A DNA stretch of 64,000 nt from Oscillospiraceae bacterium (GTDB lineage Bacteria > Bacillota > Clostridia > Oscillospirales > QAMX01), in NCBI GenBank assembly GCA_015067715.1, contig SVLY01000006.1, positions 3,679 to 67,678 on the forward strand. The letters are read 5' to 3'. Each line of letters begins with the position of its first letter. Position 1 is the stretch's first letter. This document shows positions 1 to 7,797 of this stretch, in pieces. Made by a program: the position numbers and the translations under genes. A model generated the notes under the pieces. It was not told the origin of the DNA and searched no databases. It saw only the letters and a program-made list of their open reading frames with translations.

Positions 1-2262
1 TATCTCAAGGGAGTTTTTCTCCCGGAGAAGCTCTCCGGAAAAGCGGAGGACGAAGGGGGAAAGAGAGGCAATGCCGATATCCGTTCCGTTCAGCCGTACG
101 CCGGCGGTGTTTTCCACGGCGCCAAGGTCGAGCTCGTAAAAGTCTCCGCCCAAAAATTCTCCGTCAAGCTCAAATTCTCCGGAATAGGTGGCCTCGCCGG
201 AAAAATCTCTGCCGAAATACTTTTCCCATGGGCCGCACTCTGCCGGAATACCCTGGGGCGAGGGGACGTTGTCCTTGTGGGCGCCGGTGCGGTCTATGAA
301 GAGCTCTGCGGTCTTTGTGAGAGTAAAGCCGCACAGAACGGGGCGGACGTCCACGGGGGAGAGAGCGGGCTCAACTCCGTCCGGCGCTGTGTCGGAAAAG
401 AGTATTGCCGCAGTTTCGCCAAAGTCAAGGGTGAGAGAGGTGGCTTCAAAGGGTTCAACTCTGCCGTCCTCGATCCAAAGGCGGTATGCCGGGCGGTTCT
501 CGGCAAAGCGGATATCGCCCTTTTGCACACGGCAGTCTTCGTTGAAAACGAGGTAGAGCGTTGCGCCGTCGGGAAGATTTCGCTTTGAAAGGCGGAAATT
601 TTCGTTTTCCACGGCGGCAACGGGGGTGGCACGGGAGGAGAGGAAGGGGGCAAGCTTTTGGCTCACGTCTTCGGGAACGAGAGCGCCTTCGGGGATCAGC
701 ACCTTTTCGTAGGCGGCAAGCCCCATGGAGAGTCTGCCGTTGTTGATCTCTGCCCGGCGGACGAAATCGTCGTCGATAAGGTCAAAGGAACAGCCCTGTT
801 TTTCAAGCTCAACGCCCAGCGCGTGGAAGGCGTCGGCATTTTCGCCCCGGCAGACGTTTTCGCAGGGCATATAAAGTGCGTTTTTCACCTCTGCCGTGCC
901 AAGTCTTGCAAGATAGGCCAAACGGGAGAGGTATTTGTTTATGGCGTTCAGGTGTTCAAAGCCCGGGCGAACGTCCGTGAAAAGGGGACGGATCCTGGGC
1001 TGGGAATAGTGGAGGGAGTTGCAGTTGAAAACGTTTATGCCTCTCACCGCCTGAGCGCCGAAGACGTAGCGCATTATCTCCGGAGTGGTGCCTTCGCCGT
1101 AGCAGGCGAGGCTTTCGGTAAGGGCGAGACCCGTTCCCACCTGTGCCGCCGCAGAGGATGCAAACCTTGGGAAGAAGGGCACGGAATATTCGACCCTTTG
1201 GGTGCTGAGCCCCTCCGGGTAGATATGGCGGTAGATAACGTCCACCCCGGGAACGTCGAAGAGTCTGAGCGCCTCAAGGGGTCTTGCGTAACAGGGCAGG
1301 CGAAGTATCATGCTCTCAAGGTCGTGGTCGTTGTCCACGTGGCCGATGGCCATAATGCCGTTTTCGTGGCACCAATCCTGAATGGGCTTGAAAAAGTTTT
1401 GGTTGACAAGCTTTGAGACCAGCCTTCGCCTGTCGGCCATGGCAAGCTTTTCTTTTTCGGTAATCGCAGGCGCCCGGTAGGATATCTGGGGCAGGTAGTC
1501 CAGAATATCGTAGCCGTACTCCTCGAAAAACATATCCTCAAAGCCCCGGGTCCAGCCGTCCGGCTCGACGGCGGCTTCGTCGTCGAAAATATAGGTGTAA
1601 TAGGTTCCGAAATCCTCGCCGAGGAACTTTTTGTAGCGCTCGTGGGTTAGCTCCAGGAAAAGCCGGGTGGTCTCGGGATTCATAATGTCGGTGTCGAATT
1701 CCTCGTCGTGGTCAACACGGAAGGCCACGCGGATATAGCGGTATTCAAAGACCTTGGAAACGCCGTCGCAGACGATGGGACCGCGAATACGGGTGAACGT
1801 GCCGTCCTGGGCTTTGGTGAATGCCGCAAGAAAGCTCTCGTGGTTTTCCGGGGGAGTGTAGGTCATGCCCTTTGCAAGGGGTATCTCAATAGCCGCGGCA
1901 CGGTGACGGCCAAGCTCGGGGTGCATTTTGGCGATCTTTTTGCAGGCACTTCCCGAGGGCCAGCCGCCCTCGTCGTAAAGCCACGCCGCAAAGCCCATGG
2001 ACTTTGCCTTTTGGGTGAAATATTTGAAGATCTCAAAGTATTCGTCAGAGAGGTATTCGGGCTTCATGTCCGCGTCCACGGTCTGGGGACGGAAGGCTTT
2101 AGGCTCGGGAATAACGTAAACCGCGCCTATTCCGGCACTTTTCAGCATGGCAAGACCGCGGTCAATGCCCTCTTTGGTTATCTCCGTGTCCCATACCCAG
2201 GCATAAGCCGAAGCGTATTGGGCGGTGGGGTTTTTGAAAAGAGTACGGTCGAAAGCGTTCAT
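1..2262 (-). CDS. Large glycoside hydrolase, GH106 alpha-L-rhamnosidase-like (3' end runs off the window)
   Basis: Not in the ORF track, presumably because its stop lies outside the window. Manual translation from ATG 2262 (RBS GGGAG) gives MNAFDRTLFKNPTAQYASAYAWVWDTEIT...GIGAVYVIPEP...WLYDEGGWPSG, which resembles a GH106 N-terminal barrel. I did not check the whole frame. Confidence 0.7.
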   Translation of the reverse strand, partial: MNAFDRTLFKNPTAQYASAYAWVWDTEITKEGIDRGLAMLKSAGIGAVYVIPEPKAFRPQTVDADMKPEYLSDEYFEIFKYFTQKAKSMGFAAWLYDEGGWPSGSACKKIAKMHPELGRHRAAAIEIPLAKGMTYTPPENHESFLAAFTKAQDGTFTRIRGPIVCDGVSKVFEYRYIRVAFRVDHDEEFDTDIMNPETTRLFLELTHERYKKFLGEDFGTYYTYIFDDEAAVEPDGWTRGFEDMFFEEYGYDILDYLPQISYRAPAITEKEKLAMADRRRLVSKLVNQNFFKPIQDWCHENGIMAIGHVDNDHDLESMILRLPCYARPLEALRLFDVPGVDVIYRHIYPEGLSTQRVEYSVPFFPRFASSAAAQVGTGLALTESLACYGEGTTPEIMRYVFGAQAVRGINVFNCNSLHYSQPRIRPLFTDVRPGFEHLNAINKYLSRLAYLARLGTAEVKNALYMPCENVCRGENADAFHALGVELEKQGCSFDLIDDDFVRRAEINNGRLSMGLAAYEKVLIPEGALVPEDVSQKLAPFLSSRATPVAAVENENFRLSKRNLPDGATLYLVFNEDCRVQKGDIRFAENRPAYRLWIEDGRVEPFEATSLTLDFGETAAILFSDTAPDGVEPALSPVDVRPVLCGFTLTKTAELFIDRTGAHKDNVPSPQGIPAECGPWEKYFGRDFSGEATYSGEFELDGEFLGGDFYELDLGAVENTAGVRLNGTDIGIASLSPFVLRFSGELLREKNSLEI

Positions 2263-2372
2263 GGCATCTGATCTCCCGGGGGATGAAAAAATCTATGTTT
2301 CGCTCAAAGATATTGTACCACAAACCGGGTCCCGGTGCAAAGGGGAATTTGAAAAACGTGGGGGAGTTGAGC

Positions 2373-2520
2373 ATTTCAATGAAATCGCGCATAGCGCGAT
2401 GAAATCCTCACTCCGTTCGGATGAAATCTGCTTCGCAGATGAAATTAAATCCGTCCCTGCTCCCGACGGAGTCGGATTTCATCACGAAGTGATCTATTCC
2501 GTCCGCAAGGACGGATTTAG
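2373..2520. repeat. Array of short hairpins separated by (G)ATGAAAT(C) linkers
   Basis: Linkers at 2379, 2398, 2420 and 2438, plus an inverted GATTTCATC at 2475. Inserts are self-complementary (gcgc-ata-gcgc, tgc-ttc-gca). taaatccgtcc 2446-2456 pairs with ggacggattta 2509-2519. Confidence 0.75.
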
Positions 2521-2522
2521 CT

Positions 2523-2564
2523 GAAAAGAACCCACTTTTGTTAAAACAAAAGTGGGTTCTTTTC
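2523..2564. terminator. 20-bp perfect inverted repeat, terminator-like
   Basis: gaaaagaacccacttttgtt-aa-aacaaaagtgggttcttttc, directly downstream (minus strand) of the duplicated tRNA 3' end. Confidence 0.7.
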
Positions 2565-2595
2565 TTATGCGGGTAACAGGATTTGTGAACCTGCA
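2562..2595 (-). repeat. Duplicated 3' end of tRNA-Leu (att-like direct repeat)
   Basis: ttcttatgcgggtaacaggatttg 2562-2585 is identical to 2737-2760. The match continues as aacctgca after a 2-nt insertion. Confidence 0.85.
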
Positions 2596-2699
2596 TCCAG
2601 GCGGAAGTTTGGGATAAGACCTAAGTCTTGGGATAAGCGCCTGGATGCTGTTAAATCTCCTGCGGAGATTTAATAGGTTCTGCATCGGCAAACCTGAAT

Positions 2700-2742
2700 T
2701 AAGAATAAGACCCCCGGGACAAGCCCGGAGGTCTTATTCTTA
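2700..2742 (-). terminator. Hairpin directly downstream of tRNA-Leu
   Basis: taagaataagacccccggg-acaag-cccggaggtcttattctta. Confidence 0.65.
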
Positions 2743-2823
2743 TGCGGGTAACAGGATTTGAACCTGCACGGGTGAACCGATGGAACCTAAATCCATTGCG
2801 TCTGCCAATTCCGCCATACCCGC
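2743..2823 (-). tRNA. tRNA-Leu (anticodon TAG), CCA not encoded
   Basis: Reverse complement GCGGGTATGGCGGAATTGGCAGACGCAATGGATTTAGGTTCCATCGGTTCACCCGTGCAGGTTCAAATCCTGTTACCCGCA. Anticodon stem ATGGA/TCCAT, loop TT-TAG-GT, long variable arm, GGTTCAAATCC T-arm. Confidence 0.95.
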
Positions 2824-2864
2824 GTATTCGGTTGACGGCTTCTCCGTCAACCGAGCTTCCGTTA

Positions 2865-2893
2865 ATTATATAATTTTTCGGTCTCTTTGTCAA
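2865..2893 (-). promoter_or_regulatory. Sigma-A promoter of tRNA-Leu
   Basis: Minus strand TTGACA (2893-2888), 17 nt, TATAAT (2870-2865). Confidence 0.8.
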
Positions 2894-3384
2894 TAAAGGG
2901 AATAGATTATCTCGTAAAAGATATCCTGAAGAATGGGCATAACTGCGGCGCCTGCGATGGCGGCGATTATCACCATGATTATGCCGGTAACAACTGCAAT
3001 TGCCAGGGAGAGTAGGTAGAAAAGCAAAATGCCCCGGGCCATGTTGCGCTTGTTTATCTTGTGGCATCCGCCGCAGGCCCAGACGATGGTGAGAACAAAG
3101 CCCACAAGGGGAATGCAGAGCAGAAGAAAATTCCCAACGTACCCCCAGGCAGAAACGGGAGCGTAACGGCTGGTGGGGGCGGGACGGGGATCGGGATCGG
3201 CCGGAGGAGTGGGCTGGGGAATAGGCTGGGGTTGGGGCTGAGGTTGGGGCTGGGGTTCGGGTTCCGGTTCCGGCTGGGGCTGGGGAATGGCAACGGGCTG
3301 GACAACTTCGGCTTTTGTTCCGCATTCCGGGCAGAACAGATCGCCGTCTTCAAGCTTAGTGCCGCATTCAGCGCAGAATTTCAT
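2890..3384 (-). CDS. Zinc-ribbon membrane protein with a Pro-Gln/Pro-Glu linker
   Basis: N-terminal CAECG...FCPECG ribbon, (PQ/PE)n linker, two hydrophobic segments. Confidence 0.8.
   Translation of the reverse strand: MKFCAECGTKLEDGDLFCPECGTKAEVVQPVAIPQPQPEPEPEPQPQPQPQPQPIPQPTPPADPDPRPAPTSRYAPVSAWGYVGNFLLLCIPLVGFVLTIVWACGGCHKINKRNMARGILLFYLLSLAIAVVTGIIMVIIAAIAGAAVMPILQDIFYEIIYSLY
3211..3285 (-). repeat. Intragenic 6-nt tandem repeat encoding PQ/PE dipeptides
   Basis: ggctgg/ggttgg/ggttcc hexamer run. Confidence 0.7.
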
Positions 3385-3420
3385 TTTCTTTTGTGTCTCT
3401 CCTTCTTTTTTTTTCTGTTT

Positions 3421-4227
3421 TTATGCGTTCTTTGGATATACTCCGTAAAGGTGGACGATGTTCAGATCCTCCGGCATATCAAGCCCGTGGGAACCAAGGT
3501 CGCCGTCTATCTCGTGACAGCCGTGATCCATGGCAAAACCGATGAGGGTATCGTGGTGAGCCCAGCTCTTTTTTATCTGAGCCGCAAACTGGGCAAAGGC
3601 CATAACGTTTGCCCGAAGCTCGGCGATAGAGCGCACGCTCTCGGGTGCCCACCGGTGCATGGTGCCGTCGTAATTTCCGTTGTAAACGGCGATAAAATCG
3701 TATTTGTCCTCTTCAATAAGTCTTGAGGCACAGGCGTTTATCTCGGCGACGGTGTCAAAAATGTAATAGTCCATTTCCCGTTCGAGATAAATGTGCGCCA
3801 TGCTGGACGAGGTGTCTGCAACGATTGCGGCCTTTTTGCCGGCGCGTATGAGAGCGTCAAAGAGGGTGTCTATGGTGATAACGGGCTTTTCGTAGCGCGT
3901 GATGCCATGGACGGAGGGCTGAGCGCCGGTGTACATGGTGCCAAAGCACACCGGAGTGACCGAGGGCATCACGGTGCAAAATTCAATGTCCAGAGGTGCA
4001 GCGTCGTCGGCGGGGTCAAAATAGGAACGGTATTTGTCGTAGATCCACTCACCGATGGCGTCGGGGTTGTACATGAATATCCTGTCGGCTTTTCTTCCGG
4101 AGAGCTTTTCTGAAACGTAGTCGGTGAGCTTTTCACACTTCGGCGCGGCCTGGGCGGGAGCTTCAATGCCCATAACGTCCGCAAGGGCGGCGCAGAGAGT
4201 GTCCAGGGAGCGGCTGTTGAGTCTCAT
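3421..4227 (-). CDS. Alkaline phosphatase superfamily protein (phosphodiesterase/nucleotide pyrophosphatase-like)
   Basis: PDAIG, PSVTPVCFGTMYTG, DGTMH and DHGCH motifs. ATG 4227 follows a GAGGTG RBS. Confidence 0.75.
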   Translation of the reverse strand: MRLNSRSLDTLCAALADVMGIEAPAQAAPKCEKLTDYVSEKLSGRKADRIFMYNPDAIGEWIYDKYRSYFDPADDAAPLDIEFCTVMPSVTPVCFGTMYTGAQPSVHGITRYEKPVITIDTLFDALIRAGKKAAIVADTSSSMAHIYLEREMDYYIFDTVAEINACASRLIEEDKYDFIAVYNGNYDGTMHRWAPESVRSIAELRANVMAFAQFAAQIKKSWAHHDTLIGFAMDHGCHEIDGDLGSHGLDMPEDLNIVHLYGVYPKNA

Positions 4228-4290
4228 TGGGGTTATCACCTCGTTTTTTTGAATGGCGTGGTACGAATATATTATATCACATTTTTTTGC

Positions 4291-5229
4291 TTATGCAATA
4301 TTTAACATAAATTCTGCCACGGGAACCAGAAAATATCCCAAAAGCGCGCACACGGGAAAGGTGAGTATCCATGCCAAAACAAGGGAGAAAAGGGCGTTTT
4401 TTCTGCCGCCTTGCCCCGCCCCGGCCTGGGCGGCGGTCTTGACGTGGGTGGTGCTCACGGGAATGCCCAGCACGGTCGCGCCCAGCAGCACCGCCGTACC
4501 CCCGGCGTCTGCCGCCAGCCCCTCCGCCCGGGAGCTCACACCCAGGCTTCCTGCAAGGGAGAGCATCCTTTTTCCGCAGAGCGCCGTGCCCAAAGCAAGA
4601 ACCCCTCCGCACCAGAGCACAGCCTGCCACGAGAGCCTGCCGCCGGAGCACAGGGCGAAGATGCACATAAACTTCTGTCCGTCCTGAGCCCCGTGGAGCA
4701 CCGCGCTTGCCCCGGCAAAAGCAAGCTGAGCTCTTCCCAATGCCTTTTCGGAAAGGGTCTTCCTCCGGAAAAGCCGCTCTGCCAGCCTTCCCCCCAGCCA
4801 GCCCGCCCCAACGGATATTCCGGCCGTTGCGATCATTGCTGCCCAGCGGCCAAAGCCGCCTCCGTGGCCAAAATACATGGCCGCGCCACCAAGTGCCGCC
4901 ATAAGTCCGTGGCTTTCGCTTGTGGGCACGGAAAAAAGCCAGGCCGCCCCCGTCCACAAAAGCACCGCCAGCATTGCCCCGGTGAGTGCGGGAAGGTTTT
5001 CTTCCCCGGCGGGAAGGCCGCTTAGCTCTGACAGGGTTCGCGCCACAGCCGGAAAAAACAGCCCCGATACCACCGCCCCGGCAAAATTGCACAGGGCGGC
5101 AAAAAGAGAAGCCCTCCGGGGGCTGAGTACTCCCGAAGCAACACAGGCCGAAACGGAGTTTGGCGCATCCGTTCCGCCGTTTTCAATGATAACCCCCGTT
5201 GTGAGTATTGCGGGAAGTATGTTGTTCAT
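4291..5229 (-). CDS. Inorganic phosphate transporter, PiT family
   Basis: NGGTDAPNSV, PTSESH, HGAQDGQK and GIPVSTTH PiT signatures. Confidence 0.85.
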   Translation of the reverse strand: MNNILPAILTTGVIIENGGTDAPNSVSACVASGVLSPRRASLFAALCNFAGAVVSGLFFPAVARTLSELSGLPAGEENLPALTGAMLAVLLWTGAAWLFSVPTSESHGLMAALGGAAMYFGHGGGFGRWAAMIATAGISVGAGWLGGRLAERLFRRKTLSEKALGRAQLAFAGASAVLHGAQDGQKFMCIFALCSGGRLSWQAVLWCGGVLALGTALCGKRMLSLAGSLGVSSRAEGLAADAGGTAVLLGATVLGIPVSTTHVKTAAQAGAGQGGRKNALFSLVLAWILTFPVCALLGYFLVPVAEFMLNIA

Positions 5230-5335
5230 AAGTCGGTACCTCCGGAGTCAAAAAGAACTGTACATTTAAGCCGTAGTGATGTATAATATATATACTGTTG
5301 GTTTACGGTGACTTTGACCTTTGAGAGGACTTACA

Positions 5336-6178
5336 ATGATTAAAATTTTGCTCAACGTGCTCTACGGCTTTATAATCGGCGCGCTCATGCTTTTGCCGGG
5401 CGTCAGCGGCGGCACCACCGCCATAATCCTCGGCATTTACGACAAGATCGTCTCTGCCGTAAGCTCTTTCAGAAAGAACATCAAAAAGAACCTCATCTTT
5501 TTGGGAACGCTTGCTCTTGGCGGCGGCATTGGCGTTTTGCTTCTGGCAAAACCCCTTGAAACTCTCGTTGGTCTCTGGTACGGCCCGCTGTGCTGTCTGT
5601 TTGGAGGTCTGACTATGGGAAGTGTGCCTATGCTTTTGAAAAAGACCGGTGCAAAGCTGAACCTTAAGGATATTCTCAAGGTCGCTCTCTGGCTGGTCGT
5701 CGGCGCGGCGATCGTTGTGGGCATTGAGTTCATGCCCGAGGATATGCTCACCCTTGGGGACAGCGGCATTCTCCGCTTTGTTCTGCTTTTTGTGCTGGGC
5801 ATTATCTTTTCCGTGGGCTTCGTTCTGCCGGGCATCAGCCTTTCCTACCTTATGCTGGTCTTCGGTGTCTACACGCCTCTTTTGGCGGCAGTTTCCGGGC
5901 TGGATATCATGTTCCTTTTGCCCCTCGCCCTTGGTATTCTGGTTGGCACAGTTCTCACCACCAAGCTTTTGGAGACCTGCATGAACAAGCACCCCCTTCC
6001 CACCTACACGGTGATAACGGGATTTGTGGCGGGCTCGGTCGTGGCTCTGCTTATGAACGACATTATCCCCAACCTGCCCTGGACCGACGGCTGGTACAAT
6101 ATTCCCGTTTGCGTGGCGCTGTTTGCCGTGGGATTTGCGGGCGTGTTTTTCTACACCTCCCGCCACGGACTGGACTGA
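5336..6178 (+). CDS. DUF368 family membrane protein (putative undecaprenyl-phosphate translocase)
   Basis: LPGVSGGT and LPGISLS repeat motifs, multi-TM, RBS GAGGA. Confidence 0.85.
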   Translation: MIKILLNVLYGFIIGALMLLPGVSGGTTAIILGIYDKIVSAVSSFRKNIKKNLIFLGTLALGGGIGVLLLAKPLETLVGLWYGPLCCLFGGLTMGSVPMLLKKTGAKLNLKDILKVALWLVVGAAIVVGIEFMPEDMLTLGDSGILRFVLLFVLGIIFSVGFVLPGISLSYLMLVFGVYTPLLAAVSGLDIMFLLPLALGILVGTVLTTKLLETCMNKHPLPTYTVITGFVAGSVVALLMNDIIPNLPWTDGWYNIPVCVALFAVGFAGVFFYTSRHGLD

Positions 6179-6191
6179 TTTTGGTTCAAAT

Positions 6192-6232
6192 AAAGGTGTC
6201 TGCAGAAAAAGCGTTCTGCGGACACCTTTTTT
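6192..6232 (+). terminator. Rho-independent terminator
   Basis: aaaggtgtctgcagaa...ttctgcggacacc followed by a T tract. Confidence 0.75.
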
Positions 6233-6247
6233 GTTGCGTTTTTTCAC

Positions 6248-6276
6248 TTGATTGCAGGGGGATATAGTGGTATAAT
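6248..6276 (+). promoter_or_regulatory. Sigma-A promoter of the met operon
   Basis: TTGATT, 17 nt, TATAAT with extended TG. Confidence 0.7.
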
Positions 6277-6310
6277 CTAATTGTTTTACAGAGCGGAGGT
6301 ATATCGCCAG

Positions 6311-7189
6311 ATGAAAATTTCCGACCTTTTGAAAAAAGATACTCTTTCAATATCCTTTGAAGTTTTTCCGCCCAAAACGGAGACCCTGTTTGAAAGCGTA
6401 AAGTCCGCCACAGAGGAGATCGCAAAGCTTCGCCCGGCGTTTATGAGTGTAACCTACGGCGCCGGAGGCGGAACGAGCCAATACACTCTCGACATAGCAA
6501 AAAACATAAAAGACCGCTACGGCGTGCCCTCACTTGCCCACCTCACCTGTGTTTCTTCCACGCGCGAGACCGTGAGAGAGCGGATATGCGACATCAAAAA
6601 AGCGGGCATTCAGAATATTATGGCTCTCCGCGGAGACGTTCCCGCCCATCTTCAGAATGCGGACCGCTCCGGCTGGGACTACCGATATGCCATCGAGCTC
6701 GTACGGGACATAAAAGAGTGCGACGAGAGCTTTTGCATCGGCGGCGCCTGCTATCCGGAGATACACCCCGAAAGCGCCGACCAGAAGACGGACATTGCCC
6801 ACCTTAAGGAAAAAGTGGACGCGGGCTGTGATTTTCTCACCACCCAGATGTTCTTCGACAACAACCTGCTCTATAACTTCCTCTACAAGATCCGCCAGGC
6901 GGGTATAACCGTGCCGGTTATTCCGGGGATCATGCCCATAACCAACGCAAACCAGGTGGCAAGAGCCATATCCCTCTCCGGCTCCTTCGTGCCTCAGCGG
7001 TTCAAGAGCCTTGTGGACAGGTTCGGCTCCGACCCTGCTGCAATGAAGCAGGCGGGCATTGCCTACGCCACCGACCAGATAATCGACCTCTACGCCAACG
7101 GCATAACCAACGTCCACGTCTATTCCATGAACAAGCCGGACGTTGCCGCCAGCATTCAGAGAAATCTTTCGGATATTTTGGGGAAATGA
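6311..7189 (+). CDS. metF: Methylenetetrahydrofolate reductase
   Basis: SFEVFPPK, SVTYGAGG, AHLTC, ALRGD and TQMFFD motifs. RBS GGAGGT. Confidence 0.93.
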   Translation: MKISDLLKKDTLSISFEVFPPKTETLFESVKSATEEIAKLRPAFMSVTYGAGGGTSQYTLDIAKNIKDRYGVPSLAHLTCVSSTRETVRERICDIKKAGIQNIMALRGDVPAHLQNADRSGWDYRYAIELVRDIKECDESFCIGGACYPEIHPESADQKTDIAHLKEKVDAGCDFLTTQMFFDNNLLYNFLYKIRQAGITVPVIPGIMPITNANQVARAISLSGSFVPQRFKSLVDRFGSDPAAMKQAGIAYATDQIIDLYANGITNVHVYSMNKPDVAASIQRNLSDILGK

Positions 7190-7761
7190 ACGTGACAGTC
7201 CAAACCAAAACCTACGCTCTTCCTCCCGTTGACCGGGCAGAGGCTCTGCGTTATGCGGGCTGTCCCGGGGCAGACGGTGAGCTGGAAGAGATTCTTGAAA
7301 ATTCAATTGAGCTCATAAACGAAAAGCTCAGCCCCCGGGTGTGCTGGAGCACCCTTCCGGTCACTCTGACCGGGAAACGCTGTGACTTTGGGGCGTTTTC
7401 GGTGGACTCTGCAGACCTTGCGGAGAGTCTTTCGGGCTGTACCCGGGCGGTGGTCTTTGCCGCCACGGTGGGCGTTGATGCGGACAGGCTCATCATTCGC
7501 TACGGGAGGCTTTTGCCATCCCGGGGGGTCATGCTCTCCGCCGTTGCGGACGAGAGGATCGAGGCGCTCTGCGATGAGTTTTGCTCTGAGTTTGGCTCTG
7601 TACGTCCCCGTTTCAGCCCGGGCTACGGCGATCTGCCCCTTGAGACCCAGCAGGATATTTTTGCCCTGCTGAGTTGTGAAAAGCACATCGGTCTCACCTT
7701 GAACCAAAGCCTTCTCATGAGCCCGACAAAATCGGTCACCGCCATCTTCGGGCTGGAATGA
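7186..7761 (+). CDS. B12-dependent methionine synthase activation-domain protein
   Basis: RFSPGYGDLPL and MSPTKSVTA motifs, located between metF and metH. Confidence 0.85.
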   Translation: MNVTVQTKTYALPPVDRAEALRYAGCPGADGELEEILENSIELINEKLSPRVCWSTLPVTLTGKRCDFGAFSVDSADLAESLSGCTRAVVFAATVGVDADRLIIRYGRLLPSRGVMLSAVADERIEALCDEFCSEFGSVRPRFSPGYGDLPLETQQDIFALLSCEKHIGLTLNQSLLMSPTKSVTAIFGLE

Positions 7762-7797
7762 GCCCTTTCAAATTTAAGTAAAAACAGAGATGATAAA

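Noticed and set aside
188-2271. Plus-strand and short minus-strand ORFs listed in the track
   Set aside because: They appear to be shadows of the minus-strand glycoside hydrolase that runs off the window start.
2373-2450. GATGAAATC repeats as a CRISPR array
   Set aside because: Repeats are 9 nt, spacers are 9-13 nt and self-complementary, and no cas genes are present.
6180-6310. SAM riboswitch or T-box before metF
   Set aside because: The hairpin there is the DUF368 terminator, and the promoter leaves no room for a leader.
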